Source: a virus | Virus record (IMG/VR): IMGVR_UViG_3300030060_008074 | Span: 1 to 64,000 of that record | Length of the DNA: 64,000 bases | Reading direction: 5' to 3' (one strand) | Position numbers and translations under genes: made by a program | The notes under the pieces: model-generated | Told to the model about the DNA's origin: nothing | The model's database searches: none | The model's input: only the letters and a program-made list of their open reading frames with translations | Shown here: positions 47,909 to 57,277 of the stretch, in pieces | Position numbering within the stretch: position 1 is the stretch's first letter | How the letters are laid out: each line of letters starts with the position of its first letter

Positions 47909-48373
47909 TTAAACGTTCTTTGCCATTCCTACTCTTTTGCATACATCTTGGAAAGCTGTTGGTACGTAGTATTCTGCAACATCTGTAGCTAACCTAGTAG
48001 TATAGTATTCTCCAGGCTTTCCTGGTATAGGATACTTTTCTTTTTCTTCTTCAGGTACCTCTACAATTGGAGCATATACCCAATTCCATTGTTCAGTTGT
48101 TCCTTCTGGATAAATCATTCCAGTTGAAAACATGGCTGTTGTAGGATACCAATATTGTCCTAAAGAATCATCTGTATATCTCAATTCCCTTATCAGTTGA
48201 GTTGTTGACTTCTCTACCTCTTCTATTTTATCACTACCAATTTTATATTCAGAATTTGTAGTAAACCCCGTATCCATACATATTCTAGTTTCTATCCCAG
48301 CAGCTGTTTTTTCAACAATTACTGATTTTTTGCCTGTAAAAGGGCTAATATCTGTTAAATCTGACTCTATCAT
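47909..48373 (-). CDS. Hypothetical phage protein
   Basis: 154-aa ORF in operon. Confidence 0.6.
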   Translation of the reverse strand: MIESDLTDISPFTGKKSVIVEKTAAGIETRICMDTGFTTNSEYKIGSDKIEEVEKSTTQLIRELRYTDDSLGQYWYPTTAMFSTGMIYPEGTTEQWNWVYAPIVEVPEEEKEKYPIPGKPGEYYTTRLATDVAEYYVPTAFQDVCKRVGMAKNV

Positions 48374-49680
48374 GTTGTTATCTTCTTTAATTTAGGTAAT
48401 TTTACCTTTGGTGGTTTGTTTAACTGTTGTAATTTAGGTAATTTTATATCAACCTTTTCTACCATATAAGAATCTAATATCCTCTTAAATTCTTCTGTCA
48501 TTGCAGAAAGACTAAATTTTTCTCTAGATAATCTTGCCTGCTTTCTAGAACCGTCTAAGAATACTTTGTAATTCTTAAATACCTCTTTTAGAACCTTGCT
48601 AGCATATCCATAATTTACATAAAACCACTTAGAACCTTTAATTATTACATCTTTCCACTGGGCTGACTGATGCACCTCTTTTATTTCCCCAGGTAATAAA
48701 GTTGAATGAGGAGTTAAAAAGTCTATATGGCCAGACCAATTAGAAGCTATCACTGGTTTACCAGTTACGCTAAATTCTAATAAAGGTCTTCCAAATCCTT
48801 CTCCATGAGTAAAGCTAACCATAGCCTTTATTTTAGGGTGATTATATAAACTATTCATTTCATCGTCTGTTAAATCGCCGTGTAAAAGATATATATTTGG
48901 ACAATTTTTTCCGTATTGTTGTCTCAGTCGTTTAATATTTTGCAATATCATCTCTCTATCAGTTACACTAAAAGTTGCTGAACTTGTTTTCATTACTAAA
49001 GCTGGACGAGTTGAGCTTGGATTATTTTTGAAAGTTTCTATAAATGTTTTAACTGTCATCCCTGTATCTTTTCTGTCATGTCCAAGAGCTCCATTAAGCC
49101 AGTGGCCGCAATATAAAAAGCAAAACTTTTCTTTTACTACACTCATTTGTTCTTGTACGGAGTTTTCAATGTCTGTAGTTTTATTAAATACTTCAAGATT
49201 CAGGCCTTCAAATAAAACCTCTACTGGAGTTGTACACTTAACCTCAGCAACTTTTTGCTGTGTTCTTTCATCTACCTTATCAAAAATAGTTGACTCAAAA
49301 ACCTTCTTTGCATGATTAGAAGGTACAAGAATAAGCTGCATTCTATTTAGACCTTCTATCCAACCAGCAGAACAAACATCTGTTTCTATACCTGCAGTTA
49401 TACCTATATTGTATTTTCCAATAGGATTAAACTCATTAGGAACACTAACCTGTATAAATACGTCTGGTTGTTGTGTTATTGATTGAGGATTAACTATTAA
49501 AGATTTAATATTATTATCCTTTTCTAATATTCCATTTCTTGGACAATCTCCCCATCTTAAATCAACTATTTTAATTATATACTTGTCCATGTTTATTAAA
49601 GATTTTAATAAATCTCTAGAATGGTCTCCATAGCCTGATCTAGAGCTTACTGGACCTTGAAATACTAATACTTTTTTCAT
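48370..49680 (-). CDS. Glycosyltransferase family 4
   Basis: SRSGYG, RKD, HGEGFGRPLLEF...GKPVIASNWSGH. Confidence 0.9.
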   Translation of the reverse strand: MKKVLVFQGPVSSRSGYGDHSRDLLKSLINMDKYIIKIVDLRWGDCPRNGILEKDNNIKSLIVNPQSITQQPDVFIQVSVPNEFNPIGKYNIGITAGIETDVCSAGWIEGLNRMQLILVPSNHAKKVFESTIFDKVDERTQQKVAEVKCTTPVEVLFEGLNLEVFNKTTDIENSVQEQMSVVKEKFCFLYCGHWLNGALGHDRKDTGMTVKTFIETFKNNPSSTRPALVMKTSSATFSVTDREMILQNIKRLRQQYGKNCPNIYLLHGDLTDDEMNSLYNHPKIKAMVSFTHGEGFGRPLLEFSVTGKPVIASNWSGHIDFLTPHSTLLPGEIKEVHQSAQWKDVIIKGSKWFYVNYGYASKVLKEVFKNYKVFLDGSRKQARLSREKFSLSAMTEEFKRILDSYMVEKVDIKLPKLQQLNKPPKVKLPKLKKITT

Positions 49681-49698
49681 ATTTTATTCTCCTATAAC

Positions 49699-51891
49699 CT
49701 ACTTTAACATTATTCCGTCTGGATAAATTACATCTTCCATATCTGTGTTAATAACTGTGAACCTCTCTCTAGGCTTCCATGATTCTAACATATTGTTTAC
49801 TTGTTCAATAAATGAAGTACCCATATTTTTTGCAGTCATTTTTATTTTTGGATCTGTCACATATTCTCTACCTGAGTTTCCTCTTCTTTCCAATTCTTTT
49901 GTTCCAAGTTTGTATGTTTCTAACATTCTATCCTTTATATCATTTATGTTTATTATAGAATCATAAATGTAAGGTGTTTGAGGAGAACCTTGTAGTGTTA
50001 CCGTTGGCCACATAGGAAAAGCCCATTCTCCATGTTTTGTATATCTCTTATCAGCATTGGATGGCCAGTCAGTTGTATAGTCTTTTTCAGTTAAATATGT
50101 TCCATCTTCTTTCATGAATCCCATCTGGTCTTGTAGTCCTCCTATGCAACTAGCAATAATAGGTGTCCCAGTCATTAGTGATTCACAAACACTCAAACCA
50201 AAACCTTCAGCAGTACTAGGCTGACAAGTTACGTCTGCCATATTGTATAAATAATTTAATTCATTTGTAGGAAATTTTGCATCTGTAAATTTAACGTTAT
50301 AGTCTGAAGCAAGGGCCCTGTGTACTGCTGGTAAGTCTGTTCCATTTGGGTCTACTCTTTCACAATGTAATAATAAGCAAGTATTCTTAGCTTCTTCTTT
50401 TCCTATTGTGTCACAAAATAACCTATATCCTAATATAAGATTTGATACACCCTTTCTACGTATATTTCTACTATTAAAGAAGAATGTAAAATCTGGGTCT
50501 AAATTCATTTTATTAGTCATCTTTTCTCTAAAAGTATAATATCTAGAAAATTCAGGATGATTGGGCCCTATTTTGAAAAATTTATTTTCACATATTCCAT
50601 GTGGCAAATATGTTAAGTCTAAACCTTCTACCCTAGGCTTTCTTTGGCAAACATTTTTGTTGATATTATATGTTTGTTTTGAAATTGCCATTAATAGGTC
50701 ACAAGATTCATATGCATTTTCATTCCAGTGAGGATAAGGAAGGTCATCCCATATATTAAGATATATCAATGGCATAGTTTGTCTTATTTCATGCTCCATA
50801 TTGTATAGCCAACCCCAGAACCTTGGATCTGTAAAGTGCATAATAATATCTATTTTTTCGTGAGAAATCAATTGTCTTAAAAGATCCGGATTACCGTATC
50901 CATCAGTTGGGTACACTATTACACTAGCGTCCTGTACCCCTGTTTCTTTTTGAATATCTGAAGATATATCTATTCTTTTTCCTTGATCAGGGTGCTTAAT
51001 GGCTCCTCCTATTTGTACCCAGTCATATTCTTTACAAGAATTTAGAACTATTTCTCTACTCATTGTTCCAACGCCAGAATGCAATCTCATATCGTCAGAC
51101 AGCAGTAGAATTTTTTTCTTTTTTGGTTTATTCAAGTCTATTTTTTTCAATTTTGGTAATGATATATTAGAATTCATATCTTTTTTCTCTCCCTTTATTA
51201 TCCATTGATTAGAAAATACTTCATGTAATAAATTATGCCTATTACAAAACTCTAAGACTGCTTGTTTTACACCTTCTCCAGTTTCATAATCATCTCCGCA
51301 TAAAACTGTGTCTGGAAATAAATTATAGCTTTTTTCAATGTCACTTAAACAATCCTCAAACGTATGAGATGCATCTATATAAATTACATCTGGTACTACG
51401 TCGTGAGATTTTACTATATCTAAACCATCAACTGTATATTGTTGTATTGGTATAACTCTATCTTTATATTCAAAAAGCCTATTTGAAAATATAGAATAAG
51501 GACCGTAATTAGGGTCTTCTATAATGTTTTTAAGCTCTGGCCAAGTACTTATATGTTTTTTTGGCCAATAGTCTACAGAAATAACTGTAGCAGTTTCAAA
51601 ATTCTCTAAAATTTCTTTTGCACTACTACCTAGTTCTGCACCTAATTCAAGATATATTGGATTTTCTTTATTTTTAAGAAGTTCTTTTACTTTATTAAAG
51701 CCAAATCTAGGCCTTCTTTTTGTATTCCATTTTTCTTTATTTTTCTTAAAGTATGAATCAAACTCTTCTTCTATAATGCCTATTTTTCCATGGGAGCGTG
51801 TTCCCTCTTTTCCCCAAGAAAGTAATTTTTCATCTAACTCTTTATATTGCTCTGTTAAATGATAAGATTTTTTTAATTTATCTAAGCCCAT
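49699..51891 (-). CDS. Fusion of class I methyltransferase (Methyltransf_24-like) and GT4 glycosyltransferase
   Basis: LELGAELGSS, IYIDASHTFE, LCGDDY; then LLSDD....SGV, RNIRRK, AEGFGLS..ESL..GTP. Confidence 0.85.
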   Translation of the reverse strand: MGLDKLKKSYHLTEQYKELDEKLLSWGKEGTRSHGKIGIIEEEFDSYFKKNKEKWNTKRRPRFGFNKVKELLKNKENPIYLELGAELGSSAKEILENFETATVISVDYWPKKHISTWPELKNIIEDPNYGPYSIFSNRLFEYKDRVIPIQQYTVDGLDIVKSHDVVPDVIYIDASHTFEDCLSDIEKSYNLFPDTVLCGDDYETGEGVKQAVLEFCNRHNLLHEVFSNQWIIKGEKKDMNSNISLPKLKKIDLNKPKKKKILLLSDDMRLHSGVGTMSREIVLNSCKEYDWVQIGGAIKHPDQGKRIDISSDIQKETGVQDASVIVYPTDGYGNPDLLRQLISHEKIDIIMHFTDPRFWGWLYNMEHEIRQTMPLIYLNIWDDLPYPHWNENAYESCDLLMAISKQTYNINKNVCQRKPRVEGLDLTYLPHGICENKFFKIGPNHPEFSRYYTFREKMTNKMNLDPDFTFFFNSRNIRRKGVSNLILGYRLFCDTIGKEEAKNTCLLLHCERVDPNGTDLPAVHRALASDYNVKFTDAKFPTNELNYLYNMADVTCQPSTAEGFGLSVCESLMTGTPIIASCIGGLQDQMGFMKEDGTYLTEKDYTTDWPSNADKRYTKHGEWAFPMWPTVTLQGSPQTPYIYDSIININDIKDRMLETYKLGTKELERRGNSGREYVTDPKIKMTAKNMGTSFIEQVNNMLESWKPRERFTVINTDMEDVIYPDGIMLK

Positions 51892-51909
51892 AACCTTTAT
51901 TCCTCTTTA

Positions 51910-52095
51910 TTATACTTTTGTACCTAACTGCTTTGTTTTGTCTATACTATCTCTAAATGTTTTATCATTATTGTAAAGGTATAGAGACCTATTTACTAGC
52001 TTCTGAAAATTCATTCCATTTTCTAGGCATATTTTTTTGAAGGTGTTTTGTTCAACTTTGCAAACCTTAACCGAAGTTAATTTTAATTTCTCCAT
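51910..52095 (-). CDS. Small ribbon-helix-helix-like DNA-binding protein
   Basis: LTSVKV beta-strand then two helices (FKKICL..., FQKLVNRSLYLY). Confidence 0.5.
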   Translation of the reverse strand: MEKLKLTSVKVCKVEQNTFKKICLENGMNFQKLVNRSLYLYNNDKTFRDSIDKTKQLGTKV

Positions 52096-52115
52096 AACTA
52101 TTCTCCTATTGTATA

Positions 52116-52124
52116 TATAAATAT
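52116..52124 (-). promoter_or_regulatory. Class B promoter motif heading the glycan island
   Basis: Minus strand ATATATTTATATATACAATAGGAG. Confidence 0.5.
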
Positions 52125-52143
52125 ATGTATATACATAAAAAAA

Positions 52144-52557
52144 TCAAGTTATCACAACAACTTTTTTATTATATTCAACTGCATAGTTTACAGTGTTTGC
52201 TGTTCCCTTTGCTGAATCTCCTTCAGGTACAAAAGCGATTAGTCTATCTATACTCTTAGCTAAAATTTTATTTCTAACATAAAAATTCTTAGGACTATAT
52301 TGTTTACCATACCACTCTTCTTTCATATACGAATACAAATTTTTAGGAGTATGAGAAGGATTGACTTCTATATATTTACAGTCCAATTCTAAAGCATATT
52401 TTTTAGCATACCTGTCTGCTCCATTTGGACTTCCACCACTAAAAATAACTAATTCTTTTCCAAACTTTTGTTTAAGACTAAAAATCGTCTCCTTAATCTT
52501 TCTTTTATTTTCATATTTTCTACTTCCAACTATCCCTATTTTCATATCTTTTCCCAT
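52144..52557 (-). CDS. SLOG-family (DprA/Smf/YspA-like) nucleotide-binding protein
   Basis: IGIVGSR, SGG..GAD, RN, GT..T. Confidence 0.75.
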   Translation of the reverse strand: MGKDMKIGIVGSRKYENKRKIKETIFSLKQKFGKELVIFSGGSPNGADRYAKKYALELDCKYIEVNPSHTPKNLYSYMKEEWYGKQYSPKNFYVRNKILAKSIDRLIAFVPEGDSAKGTANTVNYAVEYNKKVVVIT

Positions 52558-53030
52558 TTACCATTATTCAATAACTTAAATGTTCCAATATATGATTTGC
52601 TCCATTCATTAGGACTAATTAAACTTAAAAATAGATTTTTATACTCATCCTCATACAAATAATAAGGTTCTCCTAATATTGGCTGAAAATTGTACCTTGA
52701 TTCATATACTAGGCTTGTCCAATTGTATTCTTCAACTAATTTTTTATACTCATCTCTTAACTCACTCAATTTAGATTCAAAATATTTATTTGCTTTAAGA
52801 GAATCACTTTTATCGACCTTTATGGGTTCAAACTTTTGTGAACCTACCGTGGTAGGATACTGTTTTAAGTTAGCGTCAAATTTATCTAACTCTTCATTAT
52901 GAACTATATTATCTGGATATTTCTTTTTCATCTTATCTTTATATTCATACCATGATGGGTTAGGTAACTCTGAATAATGGTCCCATAATTCTTTTTTTAC
53001 TATTTCAGGTTCCTTTTTACTCACAAGCAA
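52542..53030 (-). CDS. DUF2452-like protein
   Basis: VY.S.YNFQPI.GEPYYLY...FLSLISP.EW...G.F.L...W. Confidence 0.6.
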   Translation of the reverse strand: MLVSKKEPEIVKKELWDHYSELPNPSWYEYKDKMKKKYPDNIVHNEELDKFDANLKQYPTTVGSQKFEPIKVDKSDSLKANKYFESKLSELRDEYKKLVEEYNWTSLVYESRYNFQPILGEPYYLYEDEYKNLFLSLISPNEWSKSYIGTFKLLNNGKWEKI

Positions 53031-53914
53031 CTAAAATATCTTTCGCCCCTATCACAAAGTATCGTAATAGCATTTTGTTTATTATTTTGGTTTAACCAAT
53101 TTTCTGCTGCTAAAGTATTTGCTCCTGCACTTATTCCAACAAATAATCCATACTCTTTTGCCAACTGTCTTGCTTTGATTCTTGCTTGTTCAGTTTTAAC
53201 AGTGACAACTTCATCAACAAAATCAAGGTCAACTAAAAATTTACTACCATCACCTATTCCCTGTATTCCATGAAGACCTGCTTCTCCACCGCTCATTACC
53301 GGAGATTCCGCTGGTTCTAATGCTACTATCTTAATATTTGGCCACATCTCTTTTAAGAATTTTCCAGTTCCCATTATAGTACCACCTGTTCCTGTACCCA
53401 TAATAAGTACATCTGGTTGTTTATCTTCACCATTTATATTTTTATACTCATTCCAAATCTCTGGACCAGTAGTTTTGTAGTGAGCCTCTATATTTAGTGG
53501 ATTATGGAATTGATTGCAATTAAAATAACCGTGTCGTTCACACAGTGTATCTCTCCGTTCAATTGCTCCATCAAAATCACCTGCCTCTACCGTATGTAAG
53601 TATGCACCATAGAATTGAAACATCTTTTTTCTTTCTATGCTCATATTCATAGGCATAACTATTACCATCTTATATCCTCGTTCGGCTGCTAACATTGCAA
53701 AAGATATTCCAGTATTACCTGAAGTTGCTTCACAAAGATAGTCTCCAGGTTTTATTAAACCTTTTTCTTCTGCGTCATTAAGAATAAAGGTTGCCATCCT
53801 ATCTTTTACAGAGCCGCCTGGATTCATGAGTTCTGCTTTCCCCCAAACAGTTCTATCTTCTGATTTTATTGGAATTAGTGGGGTTTTTCCTACATAGTTT
53901 GATAATTTTAGCAT
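53021..53914 (-). CDS. cysK: Cysteine synthase (PLP-dependent)
   Basis: VGKTPL, NPGGSVKDR, EATSGNTG, NQF.NP.N..AH..TTGPEI, GTGGT, IQGIG, D.GERY.S. Confidence 0.9.
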   Translation of the reverse strand: MLKLSNYVGKTPLIPIKSEDRTVWGKAELMNPGGSVKDRMATFILNDAEEKGLIKPGDYLCEATSGNTGISFAMLAAERGYKMVIVMPMNMSIERKKMFQFYGAYLHTVEAGDFDGAIERRDTLCERHGYFNCNQFHNPLNIEAHYKTTGPEIWNEYKNINGEDKQPDVLIMGTGTGGTIMGTGKFLKEMWPNIKIVALEPAESPVMSGGEAGLHGIQGIGDGSKFLVDLDFVDEVVTVKTEQARIKARQLAKEYGLFVGISAGANTLAAENWLNQNNKQNAITILCDRGERYFSCL

Positions 53915-54831
53915 GGCTTTAATATTCTACTTTTTGGTGGACATAAGTCGTGTTCTTTTTTGAATGGGCAATAAGTACAGTCATTTTTATACGCTGGATA
54001 ATCACCTTCTTTATTATATGTACCGTCAGCATTAAATACATTTTCCACAAAGGCTTTTAATAATTTATCTACTTTGTTTATTGACGGCTTTCCTGCAGCT
54101 GGCCTATATTGTTGTATTCTTTTCTGTGGAAAATCACAGTTTTCATATAACTTTCTTTTAACTATAAAATATTCTACTTCTATATTTTTTATATCTGTTC
54201 CATATTGCTCAGCAAAATACTTTTTATACAATCTTAATTGATTACCTTCTTTCTTCTTCTTTTTATCTTTCCATCCCATAAATGAAGTTTTAATATCTAT
54301 AATCTTTATTGTATCATGTTCCTTCATTACCAAGTCCATGAAACCCATAAACATTATATTTTTATTGTATTCAACTTCACTAAATATTGGCATTTCAATA
54401 CCAACTAATTCTGTATATTTTTTTGAAAAGTATGCGCCTCTTTTCTTTTTGAACCACTCTAATATTGCTACACCATCTGAATAAAAGTCTGACATTTCTT
54501 CTTGACAACTAAAATGTTTGCCTTCTGTTTCGTCTAGCCTTTTTTTATATTCACTAGCCATATTGTCTTTTAGTAATTTTTTTAAGTCTATCCTATCAGC
54601 AGCTACCGCTGTTTCTTTATACATTGTATCTAAATAAAACTGTAAGGTTTCATGAAAAGCTGTACCAAATACTAGAAACATGTTTGGTTCGAATCTTGAT
54701 TGTTTATCTATTTTTTCAAGTTTCCATTGGTGTGGACAATTTGTATATGTGCTTATTTGTGAGTAAGATATGGTTTTCTTACCCATCTTTCTTGCTTTGA
54801 CAGCAAAGTCGTATGGTGTTTTTAATTGCAT
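53908..54831 (-). CDS. PD-(D/E)xK (RecB/Cas4-like) exonuclease
   Basis: SYSQ...Y..CP, FGTAFHE, E...GFMD...IIDIKT, QL.LY, C..CPF...C. Confidence 0.85.
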   Translation of the reverse strand: MQLKTPYDFAVKARKMGKKTISYSQISTYTNCPHQWKLEKIDKQSRFEPNMFLVFGTAFHETLQFYLDTMYKETAVAADRIDLKKLLKDNMASEYKKRLDETEGKHFSCQEEMSDFYSDGVAILEWFKKKRGAYFSKKYTELVGIEMPIFSEVEYNKNIMFMGFMDLVMKEHDTIKIIDIKTSFMGWKDKKKKKEGNQLRLYKKYFAEQYGTDIKNIEVEYFIVKRKLYENCDFPQKRIQQYRPAAGKPSINKVDKLLKAFVENVFNADGTYNKEGDYPAYKNDCTYCPFKKEHDLCPPKSRILKPC

Positions 54832-54837
54832 ATATTA

Positions 54838-54873
54838 AATATAATAAAAATACACGATATAAAAAAATTCTGG
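54838..54873 (-). promoter_or_regulatory. Class A promoter motif (variant)
   Basis: Minus strand CCAGAATTTTTTTATATCGTGTATTTTTATTATATTT. Confidence 0.5.
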
Positions 54874-54878
54874 TGAAT

Positions 54879-55073
54879 TTATTTTTCACCAGAATCTTTA
54901 TTGTTAATAACTTTTTCTATGTATACTATGGCATCCATTAGTTCTTCTTGGAGGTGGGTCATCCACTCTATGAAGTTTAAGTCTTCTCTTTCCATGGTGA
55001 CGCCATATTTATCTTTACCAACCTTAGCCCTATCCTGTATTTTCTTACAGACTGAATCTTCTATCTTACTCAT
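54879..55073 (-). CDS. Small MazG-like nucleotide pyrophosphohydrolase-type protein
   Basis: R...G..KYG.T..R.DL...W..HLQEELMDA.VY (EExxD). Confidence 0.6.
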   Translation of the reverse strand: MSKIEDSVCKKIQDRAKVGKDKYGVTMEREDLNFIEWMTHLQEELMDAIVYIEKVINNKDSGEK

Positions 55074-55311
55074 CTTCTGTTCTTGGCATTAGTTCTTCGT
55101 TAATATGTCCACAAGAAGCACATTGAAAAATTGGAACAGGTAGAAAACCGCCTTTACCATTAGGAGAAAGTACTGCTGATATTTTTCTTAATAGGTGTAC
55201 CTGTATAAATGTAGGATTTCCACACTGTTCACACTCAACTCCATCTAAATCTTTTATTTTAAGGCCCTTTAGTTTTCTATTAAATTCGCTTTTTAACTCT
55301 TGATTGTCCAT
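55066..55311 (-). CDS. Zinc-ribbon protein
   Basis: CEQCG...F.CASCGH. Confidence 0.65.
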   Translation of the reverse strand: MDNQELKSEFNRKLKGLKIKDLDGVECEQCGNPTFIQVHLLRKISAVLSPNGKGGFLPVPIFQCASCGHINEELMPRTEDE

Positions 55312-55322
55312 ATATTATCTCC

Positions 55323-56945
55323 TTATCCAAGTCCAAATCCTCCACCCATCATCGGTGGCTCTGCATCAGAATCTTCTGGTTTTTTTGTTATTACACACTC
55401 AGTTGTAAGCATTGTACCAGCAACAGAAGCAGCTTTTTCCAGTGCAACTCTAGTTACCTTTGCAGGGTCAATAATACCAGCGTCGTACATATCTACAACC
55501 ATTTCTCTTCTAGCATCAAACCCTTGAGTGCTTGTCAAATCTTTTATATCTTTCCATACTACCTCAGGATTAAGTCCTGCATTTTCCATTATATATCCAA
55601 ACGGTGCACCACAAGCCTTAATAACTATTTCTCTTCCTGCTAGCTGATCGTCATTTTCAAAATCTTTTACATCTGGCTCCAAACATCTCATCAGGGCAAT
55701 ACCACCACCTGGAATAATACCTTCATCTAAAGCTGCTCTTGTTGCATTTAGGGCATCTTCTACTCTATCTTTCTTTTCTTTCATTTCTATTTCAGATTCT
55801 GCGCCTATTCTTAAAATAGCAACTCCTCCTGCAAGTTTTGCTAATCTTTCTTGAGTTTGTTCTTTGTCATAGTTTGAAGAAGCATTTTCTATGTCATGTT
55901 TTATTTGAGAAACTCTATTTTCTATTTCCTCAGCTGTTCCTGCTCCATCAACTATTGTTGTATATTTGTTATTTATTGTAACGAGTCTTGCCGTACCAAA
56001 AGATTTTGTAGTAATCTTATCTAATCTCATTCCTCTATGATATGAAACAACCTCTCCTCCTGTTAGAGCTGCAATATCCTCTAAATATTGATTTCTTTTA
56101 TCACCAAACCCTGGAGCTTTAACTGCAGCAACCTTACACGTGCCTCTCATTTTATTTACAATAAGTCCAGCAAGAGCTTCTCCATCTACGTCTTCTGCAA
56201 TAATAAGTAAAGGTTTGTCTTGTTGAATAGCTGCTTCTAAAATTTTTACTATTTCCTTTATAGAAGTAATTTTTTTGTCATAAAGTAATATCCATGGGTT
56301 TTCAAGCTCTACCTGCATTTCTGTATTATTTGTTATGAAGTACGGGGATAGATATTTACTCTCAAACTGCATACCTTCTACTATTTCTAATCTAGTATCT
56401 CCTGTTTGAGATTCTTCTACAGTCACAACTCCTTCTCTACCAACTTTAGATATTGCCTCTGATATTAAATTTCCAACCTCTCCATCGTTATTTGCAGATA
56501 TTTTTGCTATATTTCTAATATCTTCGTCAGTACTTACATCTTTACTACAGTCTCTTAGGCTTTTTACTATTGATTTTACAGACTTATCAATACCCCTTTT
56601 TAATTCTATAGGGTGTCTACCTGATTCTATGTTTCTTATTCCTAATTTTATTATTTCAGAAGCCAATACTGTAGCTGTTGTTGTTCCATCACCAGCTTCA
56701 TCATTAGTTTGTTGTGCAACTTCTTTTACTATTTGAGCACCTGCGTTTTCTAACGTGTCCTCAAGTTCAATTTCTTTTGCTACCGTTACTCCATCCTTTG
56801 TGGAGTGATATTCTCCATATTCTTTTTCAATGATAACAGTTCTACCTCTCGGTCCTAATGTAGACTTTACGGCATCAGCTAGTTTATTAACTCCACTGTT
56901 TATACCGTTTCTAGCATCTCTATTAAATGATAAATCTTTTGCCAT
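55323..56945 (-). CDS. groL: Chaperonin GroEL
   Basis: TLGPRGR, TKDGVTVAKEI, AGDGTTTATVLA, KAPGFGD, GII.GGG, GIIDP.KVTR, GG tail. Confidence 0.97.
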   Translation of the reverse strand: MAKDLSFNRDARNGINSGVNKLADAVKSTLGPRGRTVIIEKEYGEYHSTKDGVTVAKEIELEDTLENAGAQIVKEVAQQTNDEAGDGTTTATVLASEIIKLGIRNIESGRHPIELKRGIDKSVKSIVKSLRDCSKDVSTDEDIRNIAKISANNDGEVGNLISEAISKVGREGVVTVEESQTGDTRLEIVEGMQFESKYLSPYFITNNTEMQVELENPWILLYDKKITSIKEIVKILEAAIQQDKPLLIIAEDVDGEALAGLIVNKMRGTCKVAAVKAPGFGDKRNQYLEDIAALTGGEVVSYHRGMRLDKITTKSFGTARLVTINNKYTTIVDGAGTAEEIENRVSQIKHDIENASSNYDKEQTQERLAKLAGGVAILRIGAESEIEMKEKKDRVEDALNATRAALDEGIIPGGGIALMRCLEPDVKDFENDDQLAGREIVIKACGAPFGYIMENAGLNPEVVWKDIKDLTSTQGFDARREMVVDMYDAGIIDPAKVTRVALEKAASVAGTMLTTECVITKKPEDSDAEPPMMGGGFGLG

Positions 56946-56950
56946 AACCT

Positions 56951-57241
56951 TTATTCTCCTCTCTTAATTATACAATGAATGTCTAGTTCGTTTATTACAA
57001 AAACTTCTTCTTCATCAACCTCTATAGAGTATGCTCCTCTCTTAGGGTATGCAACTAAGTCTCCAATATTGCAAAGTGGTTCAACTGTATTTCCATAATT
57101 AACTGCTCCTGGGCCTACTGCTAATATTCTACCTCTACTAACACCTTCCTGAGAAATGTCAGGCATAATAACTCCTCCTGAAGTCATCTCTTCTGGGTCT
57201 ACTGGTTTAATTGCTACTTTTCCTCTCATTGGTTCTATCAT
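56951..57241 (-). CDS. groS: Co-chaperonin GroES
   Basis: PM...V.I.....EE.T.GG.I.PD, G.ILAVGPG, GD.V, E.DI. Confidence 0.9.
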   Translation of the reverse strand: MIEPMRGKVAIKPVDPEEMTSGGVIMPDISQEGVSRGRILAVGPGAVNYGNTVEPLCNIGDLVAYPKRGAYSIEVDEEEVFVINELDIHCIIKRGE

Positions 57242-57277
57242 AATATAACTCCTTTATTGCGTAAATTCATAACTATA

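Noticed and set aside
20667-51891. Interpretation as a bacterial chromosomal O-antigen or capsule locus
   Set aside because: No export/polymerase genes, phage-type promoters inside it, and continuous co-oriented context with PolB and viral hypothetical genes
53908-54831. Cas4-like nuclease as evidence of a CRISPR-Cas system
   Set aside because: No cas1/cas2 or array in the window; stand-alone PD-(D/E)xK exonucleases are common in phage replication blocks
54901-54916. Additional TTGTTAATAACTTTT copy (partial copy also near 47347)
   Set aside because: Opposite orientation and inside coding sequence (encodes EKVINN); cannot be separated from chance in AT-rich DNA
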